Positions 1-7,650 of a DNA stretch of 10,033 nucleotides are shown here, in pieces (position 1 is the stretch's first letter; each line of letters starts with the position of its first letter). The DNA comes from Gemmatimonadales bacterium. GTDB lineage: Bacteria > Gemmatimonadota > Gemmatimonadetes > Gemmatimonadales > GWC2-71-9. The translations under genes were made by a program, and so were the position numbers. Where the stretch lies: contig JBDIWC010000093.1 of the NCBI GenBank assembly GCA_039794085.1, forward strand, positions 1 to 10,033, in the 5' to 3' direction. Under the pieces are notes generated by a model. That model worked only from the letters and a program-made list of their open reading frames with translations. It had not been told where the DNA came from and did not search any database.

Positions 1-87
1 CCCTTGGCCCAAGGCAAGCTCCACCTCGGACACGCGCCACGGGCTCTGGAGGCCCAAAATCCTGCTATACAGATCTCGATCTCTCAT
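1..87 (-). CDS. ISL3-family transposase, N-terminal 29 aa (partial)
   Basis: Manual translation gives MRDRDLYSRILGLQSPWRVSEVELALGQG, resembling the recurrent ISL3 transposase start (LY..ILGL..PW.V..V.L). Not in the ORF track because it runs off the window. Confidence 0.8.
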   Translation of the reverse strand, partial: MRDRDLYSRILGLQSPWRVSEVELALGQG

Positions 88-127
88 GGATGCAGGCTAA
101 CTTACCCACTCGATCAGGGGAAGAGCC
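1..127 (-). mobile_element. ISL3-family insertion sequence, left end (continues beyond window start)
   Basis: The minus strand reads GGCTCTTCCCC from 127, matching the GGCTCT-type terminus of ISL3 elements. An ATG 40 nt inside opens an ISL3-transposase-like N-terminus. KilA-N homology stops abruptly at this point. Confidence 0.8.
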
Positions 128-528
128 GAAAGAGTTTGAATTCAACCGATATCCATGCGGCAAACTCGAAAGCGATGTCCTTGTGCGCAAAGGTACCCCC
201 GTAGCGGCCAGCTCTCGCCACCAGGCCGATCGCCCCGGTGCGGTCCACCCACTGCCTGAACCGTCAGGATGAAGCTGTTCAATCCCGCGCTCTTTCTAAT
301 CCCATCGAATTCGATGGGATTAAACTCGGAGTTGTTGAGGCTCTCCCAGATGCCGAGAAATTCGATGGTGTTCCGATTTCTGAGCCAGTTCGAGATCAGG
401 TAGTCGGTCCGCTCGGAGTCCTTGTGCCTTGCGATATCCGTGAGGGAGATGAAGTCCTGATTCCGATGGCCGAGGATGGTGACGTCTGTCCCTTTGACGC
501 TCACGACGGCTTTGCGGGCTTTCGTCAT
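128..528 (-). pseudogene. KilA-N domain DNA-binding protein, frameshifted and IS-interrupted
   Basis: Strong RBS (GGAGGAGG) before the ATG at 528. Typical motifs DFISLTDIAR, NWLRNRNTIEFLGIWE and FNPIEFDGIR..AGLNSF. One extra base near 258-260; the shifted frame continues RQWVDRTGAIGLVARAGRYGGTFAHKDIAFEFAAWISVEFKLF, then meets the IS end at 127. Confidence 0.88.
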
Positions 529-552
529 GCACTCCTCCTCCCTACGGTTCCG

Positions 553-1980
553 CTACTGGACGCCAAGTCGGCCCTTGACCGACTCGATCAGCTTCGGCGC
601 GTCGTACCCCAGCCCCTCCTTGAACACCAGGGTCACGTTGCGGATCTCGGCGGGCCGCGCGATCGGGTCCCCCCGGATCACCACCAGGTCGGCTCGCTTT
701 CCCACCGTGATGCTTCCGAACTCGTCGAACCCACCGAGGACGCGCGCCCCGTTGGCCGTGATGATCTCGATCGCCTTGAGAGGGGTGAATCCCGCCTCGA
801 TCAGCAGTTCATACTGCCGCTGGTCGCCGAAGCCGGGGAGGGCCCCCCCGTTGCCAGTCGGATCCACCCCCGAGGCGAGCACTCCCCCCGCGTCGACGAA
901 GGATCGTTCGAAGGCCATCGCATTCTTCAACTGGGCCTCCGTCACCCCGAAGGCACCCGGCTGGCCCAGCCGCTCGCGGGCGGCGAGATACCCCTCCCGC
1001 GCGCCGGGGTGCATCGCGTCGAGCACCCGCTGCTCCAGCGGCGGGCGCCCCGGCACGAAGAGTTCATAGACCACGAGCGTGGATGTCATCGGCACGTTGG
1101 CCGCCACCATCTCCCGGAAGGTGGCCTGGACCGCCGGTCCCTTCACGTCCACCGTGGCCCAGTCGAACCGTTCCGTGGGACACTGGTCGGGTTGCTTGTC
1201 AGGGTGGTATTCAAAGTTGGTGAGGAGGCCGTGTTCCAGGTTGTCGATGCCGAGCGCCACCGCCTCCCGGAATCCGACGGAGCAGAGGTGGGCCGTGACC
1301 TTGACCCCATGTTTGTGCGCCTCGTCGATGGCGGCGCCGAGTGCGGCTCGGCTGATGCCGGTATACGCCTTGAACCAGGTGACCCCCTCCTCCGCCCAGT
1401 AGCGCACCACGCGCCGGGCATCCTCCGGTGTGTCGACGCGGACCATCATTCCGGTGTTGCCGGTGCCGCCGGTGATGTACGGCCCGGTGATGTACATGCG
1501 GGGACCGACCGCCTCGCCCCGTTCGATGGCGTGGGAGAGGTTCAATTCTTCGTACGGCGCCCGGCTGCCGGTGGTGCGAGTGGTGGTGACCCCCGAGGCG
1601 AGGTAGAGCCGGGGGCTCGCCATCGGTGAAAACATGGTGGGCCATCCCGCCGCCCCGTAGTACGAATGGTCGTGCAACCCCACCAGGCCGGGAATCACCG
1701 TATGCCCGGTCAGGTCCACCACCCGGGCCGCCGGGGGGATGGTGACGGTGGCAGCGGGTCCAACCGCCTGGATCCGGCCGTCCGCGATGAGGATGGTCTG
1801 GTCCAGCGCGGGGGCGTTGCCGAGCCCGTCGACCACCCGTACATGGGTGAGGGCCACGATCGGCTCACCCACGGACACCCAGGGTCGGAGAGCGGCGGGC
1901 ACCTGGGCGGAGAGGGCAGGAGCCCCGGACGGGGCCAGGGCGAGAGCGGGGAGGAAGCGGAGGAGTCGAAGAGCGCGCAT
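553..1980 (-). CDS. Secreted metal-dependent amidohydrolase family protein (imidazolonepropionase-like)
   Basis: Motifs DLTGHTVIPGLVGLHDH (HxH), GVTT, KVTAH, LEHG, SGVD and C-terminal GSITVGKRADLVV. The ATG at 1980 is preferred over 2010 because it has a GAGG RBS and opens a signal peptide (MRALRLLRFLPALALA...SAQ). Confidence 0.9.
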   Translation of the reverse strand: MRALRLLRFLPALALAPSGAPALSAQVPAALRPWVSVGEPIVALTHVRVVDGLGNAPALDQTILIADGRIQAVGPAATVTIPPAARVVDLTGHTVIPGLVGLHDHSYYGAAGWPTMFSPMASPRLYLASGVTTTRTTGSRAPYEELNLSHAIERGEAVGPRMYITGPYITGGTGNTGMMVRVDTPEDARRVVRYWAEEGVTWFKAYTGISRAALGAAIDEAHKHGVKVTAHLCSVGFREAVALGIDNLEHGLLTNFEYHPDKQPDQCPTERFDWATVDVKGPAVQATFREMVAANVPMTSTLVVYELFVPGRPPLEQRVLDAMHPGAREGYLAARERLGQPGAFGVTEAQLKNAMAFERSFVDAGGVLASGVDPTGNGGALPGFGDQRQYELLIEAGFTPLKAIEIITANGARVLGGFDEFGSITVGKRADLVVIRGDPIARPAEIRNVTLVFKEGLGYDAPKLIESVKGRLGVQ

Positions 1981-2022
1981 GGGAGATGCCTCACGAAAGC
2001 GAGGGAACACGGCGTCGGGCGA

Positions 2023-4173
2023 TCAGGGATCCACCGTCATCAGGGTCATCATGCCGGCGGAGAGGTGTTCGGCGATATGACAGTGTACCATCCAGCGCCC
2101 CGGATTGGAAAGCTCCAGGAGCACCAGGGCGGTGGATCCCGCGGGGAGAAGCAGGGTGTCCTTCCAGACCAGATTGGGCACCGGCTCCCCGTTCCGGGCG
2201 AGCACCAGCACCCGCTGTCCATGAAAATGCACCGGGTGCGCCATGGCGTGGAGGGTGTTCCGGTCGTTCACGAGCTGGATGGCGACGGTGCTCCCGACCC
2301 GGAAGCGCCAGTTGATGTCCATGTTCTCCCGGCCGGTGGCCCGGTCGCGGAGGATCCATTCGACCTGGTCCGAGGTGGGGAGCCAATCCATCATCGGCAT
2401 GGTGCTGTTCCACTCCACCGCGGGGAACCAGGGCAGGTCGAGCTGGAGCGCCTCGGTCAGCGCAGGGGGGAGGTCGCGCGTGCGGAGGGTCAGGACGAGT
2501 TCGTGGTCGGGAGGGAGCAGTCTGCGATCCCGGTACCGGTTCACCTCGCGGGTCAGGTCCCCGTCGTGCCGGAGCCGGCTGAAATCCGCGGTGAGGCTTG
2601 GAGTAACGAGCGTGGTCCGCACCTCCACAGTGCCGAGAGTGTCGACCTCGCTGAGGAACGCTCCGACCACATGGTCGATCCCCTGGACCCGGTTGGTGAT
2701 CGCGTGCCGCCCCGGCTCGGTGAACTGGACCTCGACGATGTATCGCTGGGCCGGGGCGATCACCACGCTCTCCGCCCACGCTTCCCTCTCGAACCGGCCG
2801 AGATCGGCTCCGACCACCTTCACCCGCGCGGAGCCGAAGCCGAGATTGAAGGTGCGGGTGTTGGAGACGTTGGTGAGGAAGAAGCGCACGACCTCCGCGC
2901 GCTCCACCGACAGGGAGTAGTCGGGGTCGCCATTGACCAGCAGCACGTTGCCGAACCGCCCCATGAGGGCGTGGGTGGTGGCGTCCGCACCCCAGGGTAT
3001 CGGACCCGTCTCGCCGAGGAGGAGATCGTCGAGCATGAGGACCTCCTCCCGGTGCACCGGGGAGTACCAGGCGGGTGACGCGGGGTCCACCAGCATGTTG
3101 CCGTAGAGACCGAGATCCTGCTGGATCTCCTCGCGCACATGCGGGTGATACCAGTAGATCCCGGCATCGGGGAAGTGGACCCGGTACCGGAAGGAACCGC
3201 CTGGAGGAACCGGCGCCTGGGTGACACCGGGAACGCCGTCGAACCGGTTGTCGAGCCGGAGCCCGTGCCAGTGGATGGTGCTGCTGTCTCCAATCGCGTT
3301 CTGGAAGTGGACGGTGATGGTGGCGCCCTGGGGCACCCGAAGGAGAGGCCCAGGATACTGGCCGTTGTAGCCATACATGAGGACGGTCCGGTCCTGGAAG
3401 GTCCGGCGCACGAGGCCAGCCACGAGAACAAGCGAGTCGCCATCCGCCAGGGTGAGGAGTTCGCGAGGCCGGGACTCGGCGATGGCTGCGGTGTCACTTG
3501 CGGTAGGCAGGAAGGGAGTGGCACCCGGAGTGAGGCCCGCGATGCCCGGCATGGGGCTCATCCCGGGTCGCATGGGGGGCATCGGCCAGGGGGAGTGGTC
3601 GCCGTGGCGATCGGACAAGGAACCCTCCCCTTCGGTGAGCACCGGCAGGAGATGCCGCTCCATCCGGATGCTCGGCGACGTCCCTCTCAAAACCAAGCGT
3701 CCTTGGCGGGTGACAGTGGCGGGGTCGGACTCGGCGGACACCAGGATGAGGAACTTGGTTAGCGAGACCTCGCCGAGTTCGGTGACCCCGTTGGTGACCT
3801 CGCCGAGACGCACCATCGGATCGAACTGCGGAGTGGTGGCCCATGCCACGTAGGCTCTCGAGCCATCGAGGAGCGCGGGATCGGGGAGACCGGTGATGGT
3901 GGCCACCAGCTGGTGCCGGTGGTGACCGTCGCGGGTGACGGCGAGGTCGAACGGTGTCTCGGCCTGCCGGAGTTCGACCAGGCCGGAGGCGTCCGGAAGG
4001 TCGGGTCGTGGCACCAGTGGGATGCACCAGAGGTCGGGGGCGGGATGACCGATGGTGGTGTCGGGACGGCAGAGGGAGCCTCCCTGTGCCGACGGAGATG
4101 GCACGGACGCGCCGGTGGCGACCAGGGTGGCGAGGATGACGGCGCCGAGTGGGAGCGAAGGGGCAAGGGGCAT
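2023..4173 (-). CDS. Multicopper oxidase (laccase/CueO/CopA-like, 3 cupredoxin domains) with N-terminal extension
   Basis: All four copper-binding motifs are present: HWHG, WYHPH, HPVHFHG and HCHIAEHLSAGMM (Met axial ligand). Hydrophobic signal peptide and a His/Met/Pro-rich linker precede the core. Confidence 0.95.
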   Translation of the reverse strand: MPLAPSLPLGAVILATLVATGASVPSPSAQGGSLCRPDTTIGHPAPDLWCIPLVPRPDLPDASGLVELRQAETPFDLAVTRDGHHRHQLVATITGLPDPALLDGSRAYVAWATTPQFDPMVRLGEVTNGVTELGEVSLTKFLILVSAESDPATVTRQGRLVLRGTSPSIRMERHLLPVLTEGEGSLSDRHGDHSPWPMPPMRPGMSPMPGIAGLTPGATPFLPTASDTAAIAESRPRELLTLADGDSLVLVAGLVRRTFQDRTVLMYGYNGQYPGPLLRVPQGATITVHFQNAIGDSSTIHWHGLRLDNRFDGVPGVTQAPVPPGGSFRYRVHFPDAGIYWYHPHVREEIQQDLGLYGNMLVDPASPAWYSPVHREEVLMLDDLLLGETGPIPWGADATTHALMGRFGNVLLVNGDPDYSLSVERAEVVRFFLTNVSNTRTFNLGFGSARVKVVGADLGRFEREAWAESVVIAPAQRYIVEVQFTEPGRHAITNRVQGIDHVVGAFLSEVDTLGTVEVRTTLVTPSLTADFSRLRHDGDLTREVNRYRDRRLLPPDHELVLTLRTRDLPPALTEALQLDLPWFPAVEWNSTMPMMDWLPTSDQVEWILRDRATGRENMDINWRFRVGSTVAIQLVNDRNTLHAMAHPVHFHGQRVLVLARNGEPVPNLVWKDTLLLPAGSTALVLLELSNPGRWMVHCHIAEHLSAGMMTLMTVDP

Positions 4174-4256
4174 CGGACCGTGGCTGAGTGAGGGTCGAAG
4201 GGGCCGCCCGGGGATGCCTCGAAGATATCACCGAGTGTGACGATCCGTGCGTTCGA

Positions 4257-4304
4257 AGAGGAGACGCCCTTGCCTGCCGGAGGGGGAGGTGTCGACACTC
4301 TTCC
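4257..4304 (+). repeat. 48-bp direct repeat, copy 1
   Basis: agaggagacgcccttgcctgccggagggggaggtgtcgacactcttcc; 46/48 identical to 7651-7698. Confidence 0.95.
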
Positions 4305-4659
4305 GAGAGCCGGAGTCGGTGCGCGCGGCTATCCGGAAGCGGCTGCGGGAGCTGGTCCGTCGTCGTTATTGATTGCGTGACGCCAGCCTCCGGCGGAAGT
4401 CCATCGCCATCATCGAGTCATCATGGGGTGTGGGGATGTTCATCGGTGACTAGTTCGGAGAATACAAGGGGAGAAGGCAGAGGCGTCTATTCCGGTGTGG
4501 GGGACCGGAATGGTTGGGGTTGAGTGACATGGTGCAACCCGGCTAAAGGCCGAGCCGGCACGGACAACACTGATATCGGTCAGTGGCACTCACTCGTGCT
4601 GGCTGACTTGTCAGTTGTCTGACGTTTGTCCCTTCTAGTCAGGGAGAGCGGAAAGACCC

Positions 4660-4688
4660 TTGACGACTTCCCTCGCATGCGCTAGATT
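4660..4688 (+). promoter_or_regulatory. Putative sigma70 promoter for the peptide cassette
   Basis: TTGACG (4660-4665), 17-nt spacer, TAGATT (4683-4688), upstream of four co-oriented genes. Confidence 0.6.
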
Positions 4689-4692
4689 GTTT

Positions 4693-4791
4693 GCGGTAGT
4701 GGTCTCCTCGCGGTAGTGGTCTCCTCGCGGTAGTGGTCTCCTCGCGGTAGTGGTCTCCTCGCGGTAGTGGTCTCCTCGCGGTAGTGGTCTC
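4693..4791. repeat. Perfect 17-bp tandem repeat (GCGGTAGTGGTCTCCTC) x5 plus a 14-bp partial unit
   Basis: Read directly; units start at 4693, 4710, 4727, 4744, 4761 and 4778, with no spacers. Confidence 0.97.
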
Positions 4792-4847
4792 GGCCGTGGG
4801 ACCCCCTTGAGTGGCGCGATCGAGCCCGCCATTGGAACGGAGGCATT

Positions 4848-5321
4848 GTGCCTGCTCACAAGTTTTGGTTGACAGTTGCAAGTACCCTTGTCCCCGCCCT
4901 GACAGGCTGTGTCCAGGACATTCCGCCCATCCTCCATCAGGTACTGGAGGATGGGCGTGTTGTCGGTGACGTCATTCCAGCGCGCGACACGGTCGTACTC
5001 CTTCTCTACGCCCCTTCGGATTGCCTGGTCTGTGGAAGCCCCGTGTCAGAGTGGAGGGATTGGGCGAGCATCTCTCCTGACACAAGAGGGTGGATGTTGG
5101 TTGTGTCCCGCAACCCCTCGTCGATTGAGTACCGGCATCTTGCCGCCCTGCGCTTGGCACCGCTGAACATTCTTGATCGCGACATCGGGAACGTCCCGAC
5201 GCCACGGGTTTATTGGATTGTCGACAAGGCAGTCGCCGATTCCGCGGTAGGGAGGGAACAGATACCCTCGTTCTATAACCAGGTCGCCTCATGGTCGCGA
5301 CGACCCAAGCAAGTCGAGTAA
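4848..5321 (+). CDS. Thioredoxin-like (CxxC) putative lipoprotein
   Basis: GGAGG RBS before the GTG start. Lipobox-like LTGC at residues 18-21. Hydrophobic strand followed by CxxC (VVLLLYAPSDCLVC), and a later VPTPRVYWIV segment resembling the cis-Pro loop of thioredoxin folds. Confidence 0.7.
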   Translation: MPAHKFWLTVASTLVPALTGCVQDIPPILHQVLEDGRVVGDVIPARDTVVLLLYAPSDCLVCGSPVSEWRDWASISPDTRGWMLVVSRNPSSIEYRHLAALRLAPLNILDRDIGNVPTPRVYWIVDKAVADSAVGREQIPSFYNQVASWSRRPKQVE

Positions 5322-5416
5322 TTCTAAAGTCGAGCAAGGGCAGGCAGAGGGTCGCGGGGCAATCGGGGTTGGGAAGGCGAAGATTGTCAACAATGTCTCT
5401 GTCAAGGAGGTAGCAT

Positions 5417-5605
5417 ATGCGTGCGATTGCGGTGTCGCTGGTGCGACTGGGGATGGTGGCGGTGGCGTTTCTGCTGGTCACCCCGGGGGTGAGCAACGCG
5501 CAGGGTTGCCTCCTGTGCAAGCTTCACGCGGACGGCACGTGCGCTATTCCGGCCCTGGAGTACCACTGCGGGTGCTGCAAGAACGTGGGAGAACTCGAGC
5601 CCTGA
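5417..5605 (+). CDS. Secreted Cys-rich mini-peptide 1 (28-aa signal + 34-aa, 6-Cys mature peptide)
   Basis: AAGGAGG RBS at 5404-5410. Sec-type signal ending SNA|Q. Mature sequence QGCLLCKLHADGTCAIPALEYHCGCCKNVGELEP. Reading frame, length and stop are conserved in the paralog. Confidence 0.88.
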   Translation: MRAIAVSLVRLGMVAVAFLLVTPGVSNAQGCLLCKLHADGTCAIPALEYHCGCCKNVGELEP

Positions 5606-5652
5606 GGCTTCATCCGTGAGTCAGGATGTCAGAATCATCTGGCCGGGTGCGA

Positions 5653-5747
5653 AGGGTGTATTCGATTGTTGTGAAGGCGGTCGCTGATGCCGCCACTTCG
5701 CAGCAGGATCGTGTCATGGTCGCGATGAGTCGAAGTTAGTCGAGTAA
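5653..5747 (+). pseudogene. Decayed duplicate of the 3' end of the thioredoxin-like gene
   Basis: From 5653 it translates as RVYSIVVKAVADAA, versus RVYWIVDKAVADSA at 5205. Downstream tcatggtcgcga...gtcgagtaa matches 5289-5321, with a deletion and frameshift in between. Confidence 0.75.
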
Positions 5748-5845
5748 GAGTGCTGCGGTCGACTAACACAAGAGGGAAGGTCGCGGGGTGATCGGAGCGG
5801 GGAAGGTGAAGGTTGTCAACAATGTCTTTCTCAAGGAGGTAGCGT

Positions 5846-6034
5846 ATGCGTGCGATTGTGATGTCGCTGGTGCGACTGGGACTGGTGGCGGTGGCCTTCC
5901 TGCTGGTCACCCCGGGGGCGAGCAACGCGCAGGGTTGCGGCCTGTGCAAGAGGCACGCGGATGGGACGTGCAGTCTCCCGACCATCGACAACGACTGCGG
6001 GTGCTGCAAGTTTGTGGAGGAACTCGAACCCTGA
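5846..6034 (+). CDS. Secreted Cys-rich mini-peptide 2 (paralog of peptide 1)
   Basis: AAGGAGG RBS at 5833-5839. Mature sequence QGCGLCKRHADGTCSLPTIDNDCGCCKFVEELEP. 47/62 aa identical to peptide 1, with all 6 Cys conserved. Confidence 0.88.
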   Translation: MRAIVMSLVRLGLVAVAFLLVTPGASNAQGCGLCKRHADGTCSLPTIDNDCGCCKFVEELEP

Positions 6035-6216
6035 TGCTCGTGTCGTGACCTACGATGCCGGTCTCTTCTGGTAGGCATCGGGGGATACACTCGACGTAGT
6101 TGGTGCAGTAAGGTCGTATCGTGCCCAGCTCGGTGATTGCCCCGCGGCCCCACTCGCTTGGTGCGATGAACACTCCGATGGTAACCGGATGAAAACCGAC
6201 TTCGAGGAGATGCGAG

Positions 6217-7401
6217 ATGAGACTTGTTGCCGAGTGGGTTCTTTGGGCAATAGTCCGAGGGGGGAGCCTTGGCCTGATGGTCGCCGGCTGCGCTGGCACA
6301 GACCAGCCGAGCGCGGCCTTCCGATCAGTTGGGCGAGTGTCGGGAAGCGGCCCTCTGCTGCATCTCATCGATAGCGTATCCCTTGAAGAGAATGACACGC
6401 TGTACCTCGGATCTCCCGGGACGAGCTTTGCCGTCGCCGAAGATGGAATGATCTACGTTCCGGACATGTCGCGCGACGAGGTCGTGCGCTACAGTCCTGA
6501 TGGTGGCATTGATGGCATTGTCGGGCGTAAGGGATCGGGCCCGGGGGAGTTGCGTGGGGTGGGTGTGGCGATTGACGTTAAGGACTCGATACTCTTGGTG
6601 CGAGGATATCAAAACTACCGGATAAGCACCTTCAGGGCGAAAACGGGTGAGTACATCGGTGGGGTACGCTATGAGGGATACCTCTCATCCCTCAGTGTTG
6701 ATGGAACGGTGGCGTGGTATGCCACGATGACCCCTGGTAGCGGTAAGGTATTCGGGTCGTTCGACGCCGTGAGCCCGGAGGAAGCCGCCGACCGGCCGGT
6801 TCTCAGTGGCCGGTTGCTCGACATTCCAATCGAGTACCGTGACCTTCCGGGACTGGACATTATGAACAACGGGCACCTCGTGGTCCGGGGTGATACCATG
6901 ATTGCGGGGTTTGGGGCACTCGATTACCTGGTCATTGCCACACCCAGCGGCACTGCAATCGACACCTTGGTTCTCCCGGCTCGGCAGCGCCGGGGAGCAC
7001 CGTCAGCCGTTCTAGCCAAAGTGTACCGACCGAGGAGCGGGCCACCTTCAGTCACATTCAGCGCGGTTTCCAATTTTGCCGGCATCTGGGCCCTTCGGGA
7101 TGGAAGGATACTTGTGTATCATCGCGACTTGGAGGTATCCGGACCAGAACGGAGCGCTCCTGTCACAGGAAAGGCTTACATCAGTATCCTGTCACCGGAT
7201 CTCCGGATGGCATGTCTCGATGGCGAGCTGCCGTATCCGGAAGCGGCATATCCACGAATCGACGTGCAGAACGACACCATATATGCTCTGGACCAGATGG
7301 TGCAACCCGCTCCGGCCACCGGAACCCGAACCGTGGTTCGGAAGTTTGTGGTTGATGATGGATCGTGCGACTGGTTCCCGGTTCGCCGTCCAGGTCCCTG
7401 A
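6217..7401 (+). CDS. 6-bladed beta-propeller (NHL/TolB-like) putative lipoprotein
   Basis: GAGGAG RBS. Lipobox-like VAGC at residues 22-25. The segment FAVAEDGMIYVPD...VVRYSPDG...VGRKGSGPGEL is characteristic of NHL-like 6-bladed propellers; repeated beta-strand blades follow. Confidence 0.85.
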   Translation: MRLVAEWVLWAIVRGGSLGLMVAGCAGTDQPSAAFRSVGRVSGSGPLLHLIDSVSLEENDTLYLGSPGTSFAVAEDGMIYVPDMSRDEVVRYSPDGGIDGIVGRKGSGPGELRGVGVAIDVKDSILLVRGYQNYRISTFRAKTGEYIGGVRYEGYLSSLSVDGTVAWYATMTPGSGKVFGSFDAVSPEEAADRPVLSGRLLDIPIEYRDLPGLDIMNNGHLVVRGDTMIAGFGALDYLVIATPSGTAIDTLVLPARQRRGAPSAVLAKVYRPRSGPPSVTFSAVSNFAGIWALRDGRILVYHRDLEVSGPERSAPVTGKAYISILSPDLRMACLDGELPYPEAAYPRIDVQNDTIYALDQMVQPAPATGTRTVVRKFVVDDGSCDWFPVRRPGP

Positions 7402-7650
7402 CGACCGGGGATACCGAGTGTCGGTGAGTGCGCTTATGGCGGGTCAGGGGATGATTAACGCATAGTCGGGGCCATTGTCCGTCGCCGTCTTCGTCACCTC
7501 CTCCCGCACCCTGTACTTCGGGCCACGACATCGTCGCCAGTATGATCCGAGGTGGGATCACCGACGCCGCCTATCCGGCGAACCCTGGAGCCGCCAGCGC
7601 AAGGAGACCAGTTTCGGCAAGCCGGGGTGGGCTCCCCCATTGCCGGCGGG

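Noticed and set aside
238..3762. Long plus-strand ORFs (238..1629, 1666..3078, 3139..3762)
   Set aside because: Antisense shadows of the amidohydrolase and multicopper oxidase genes, typical of high-GC DNA; no recognisable motifs.
4188..4523. 111-aa plus-strand ORF crossing repeat copy 1
   Set aside because: Low-complexity Ser/Gly/Arg composition, no RBS or motif; probably non-coding.
4693..4791. CRISPR array
   Set aside because: The units are 17 bp, directly adjacent with no unique spacers, and there are no cas genes.
4635..4937. Minus-strand ORFs with RRPLPRGDHYREETTTA repeats
   Set aside because: Artefact of the 17-bp repeat being stop-free on that strand; they overlap the promoter and the thioredoxin-like gene start.
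4848..5321. c-type cytochrome heme motif in the CxxC protein or the peptides
   Set aside because: The motifs are CLVCG and CxxCK, not CxxCH.
5417..6034. Bufferin, ranthipeptide/SCIFF or lanthipeptide precursor assignment
   Set aside because: No MNIO/DUF692, radical SAM or Lan enzymes in the window; the leader is a Sec-type signal and the Cys spacing does not match those families as I know them.
6053..6080. Intrinsic terminator after peptide 2 (cgatgcc...ggcatcg)
   Set aside because: 7-bp stem with a 14-nt loop and no U-tract; it may stabilise the peptide mRNA but is too weak to call.
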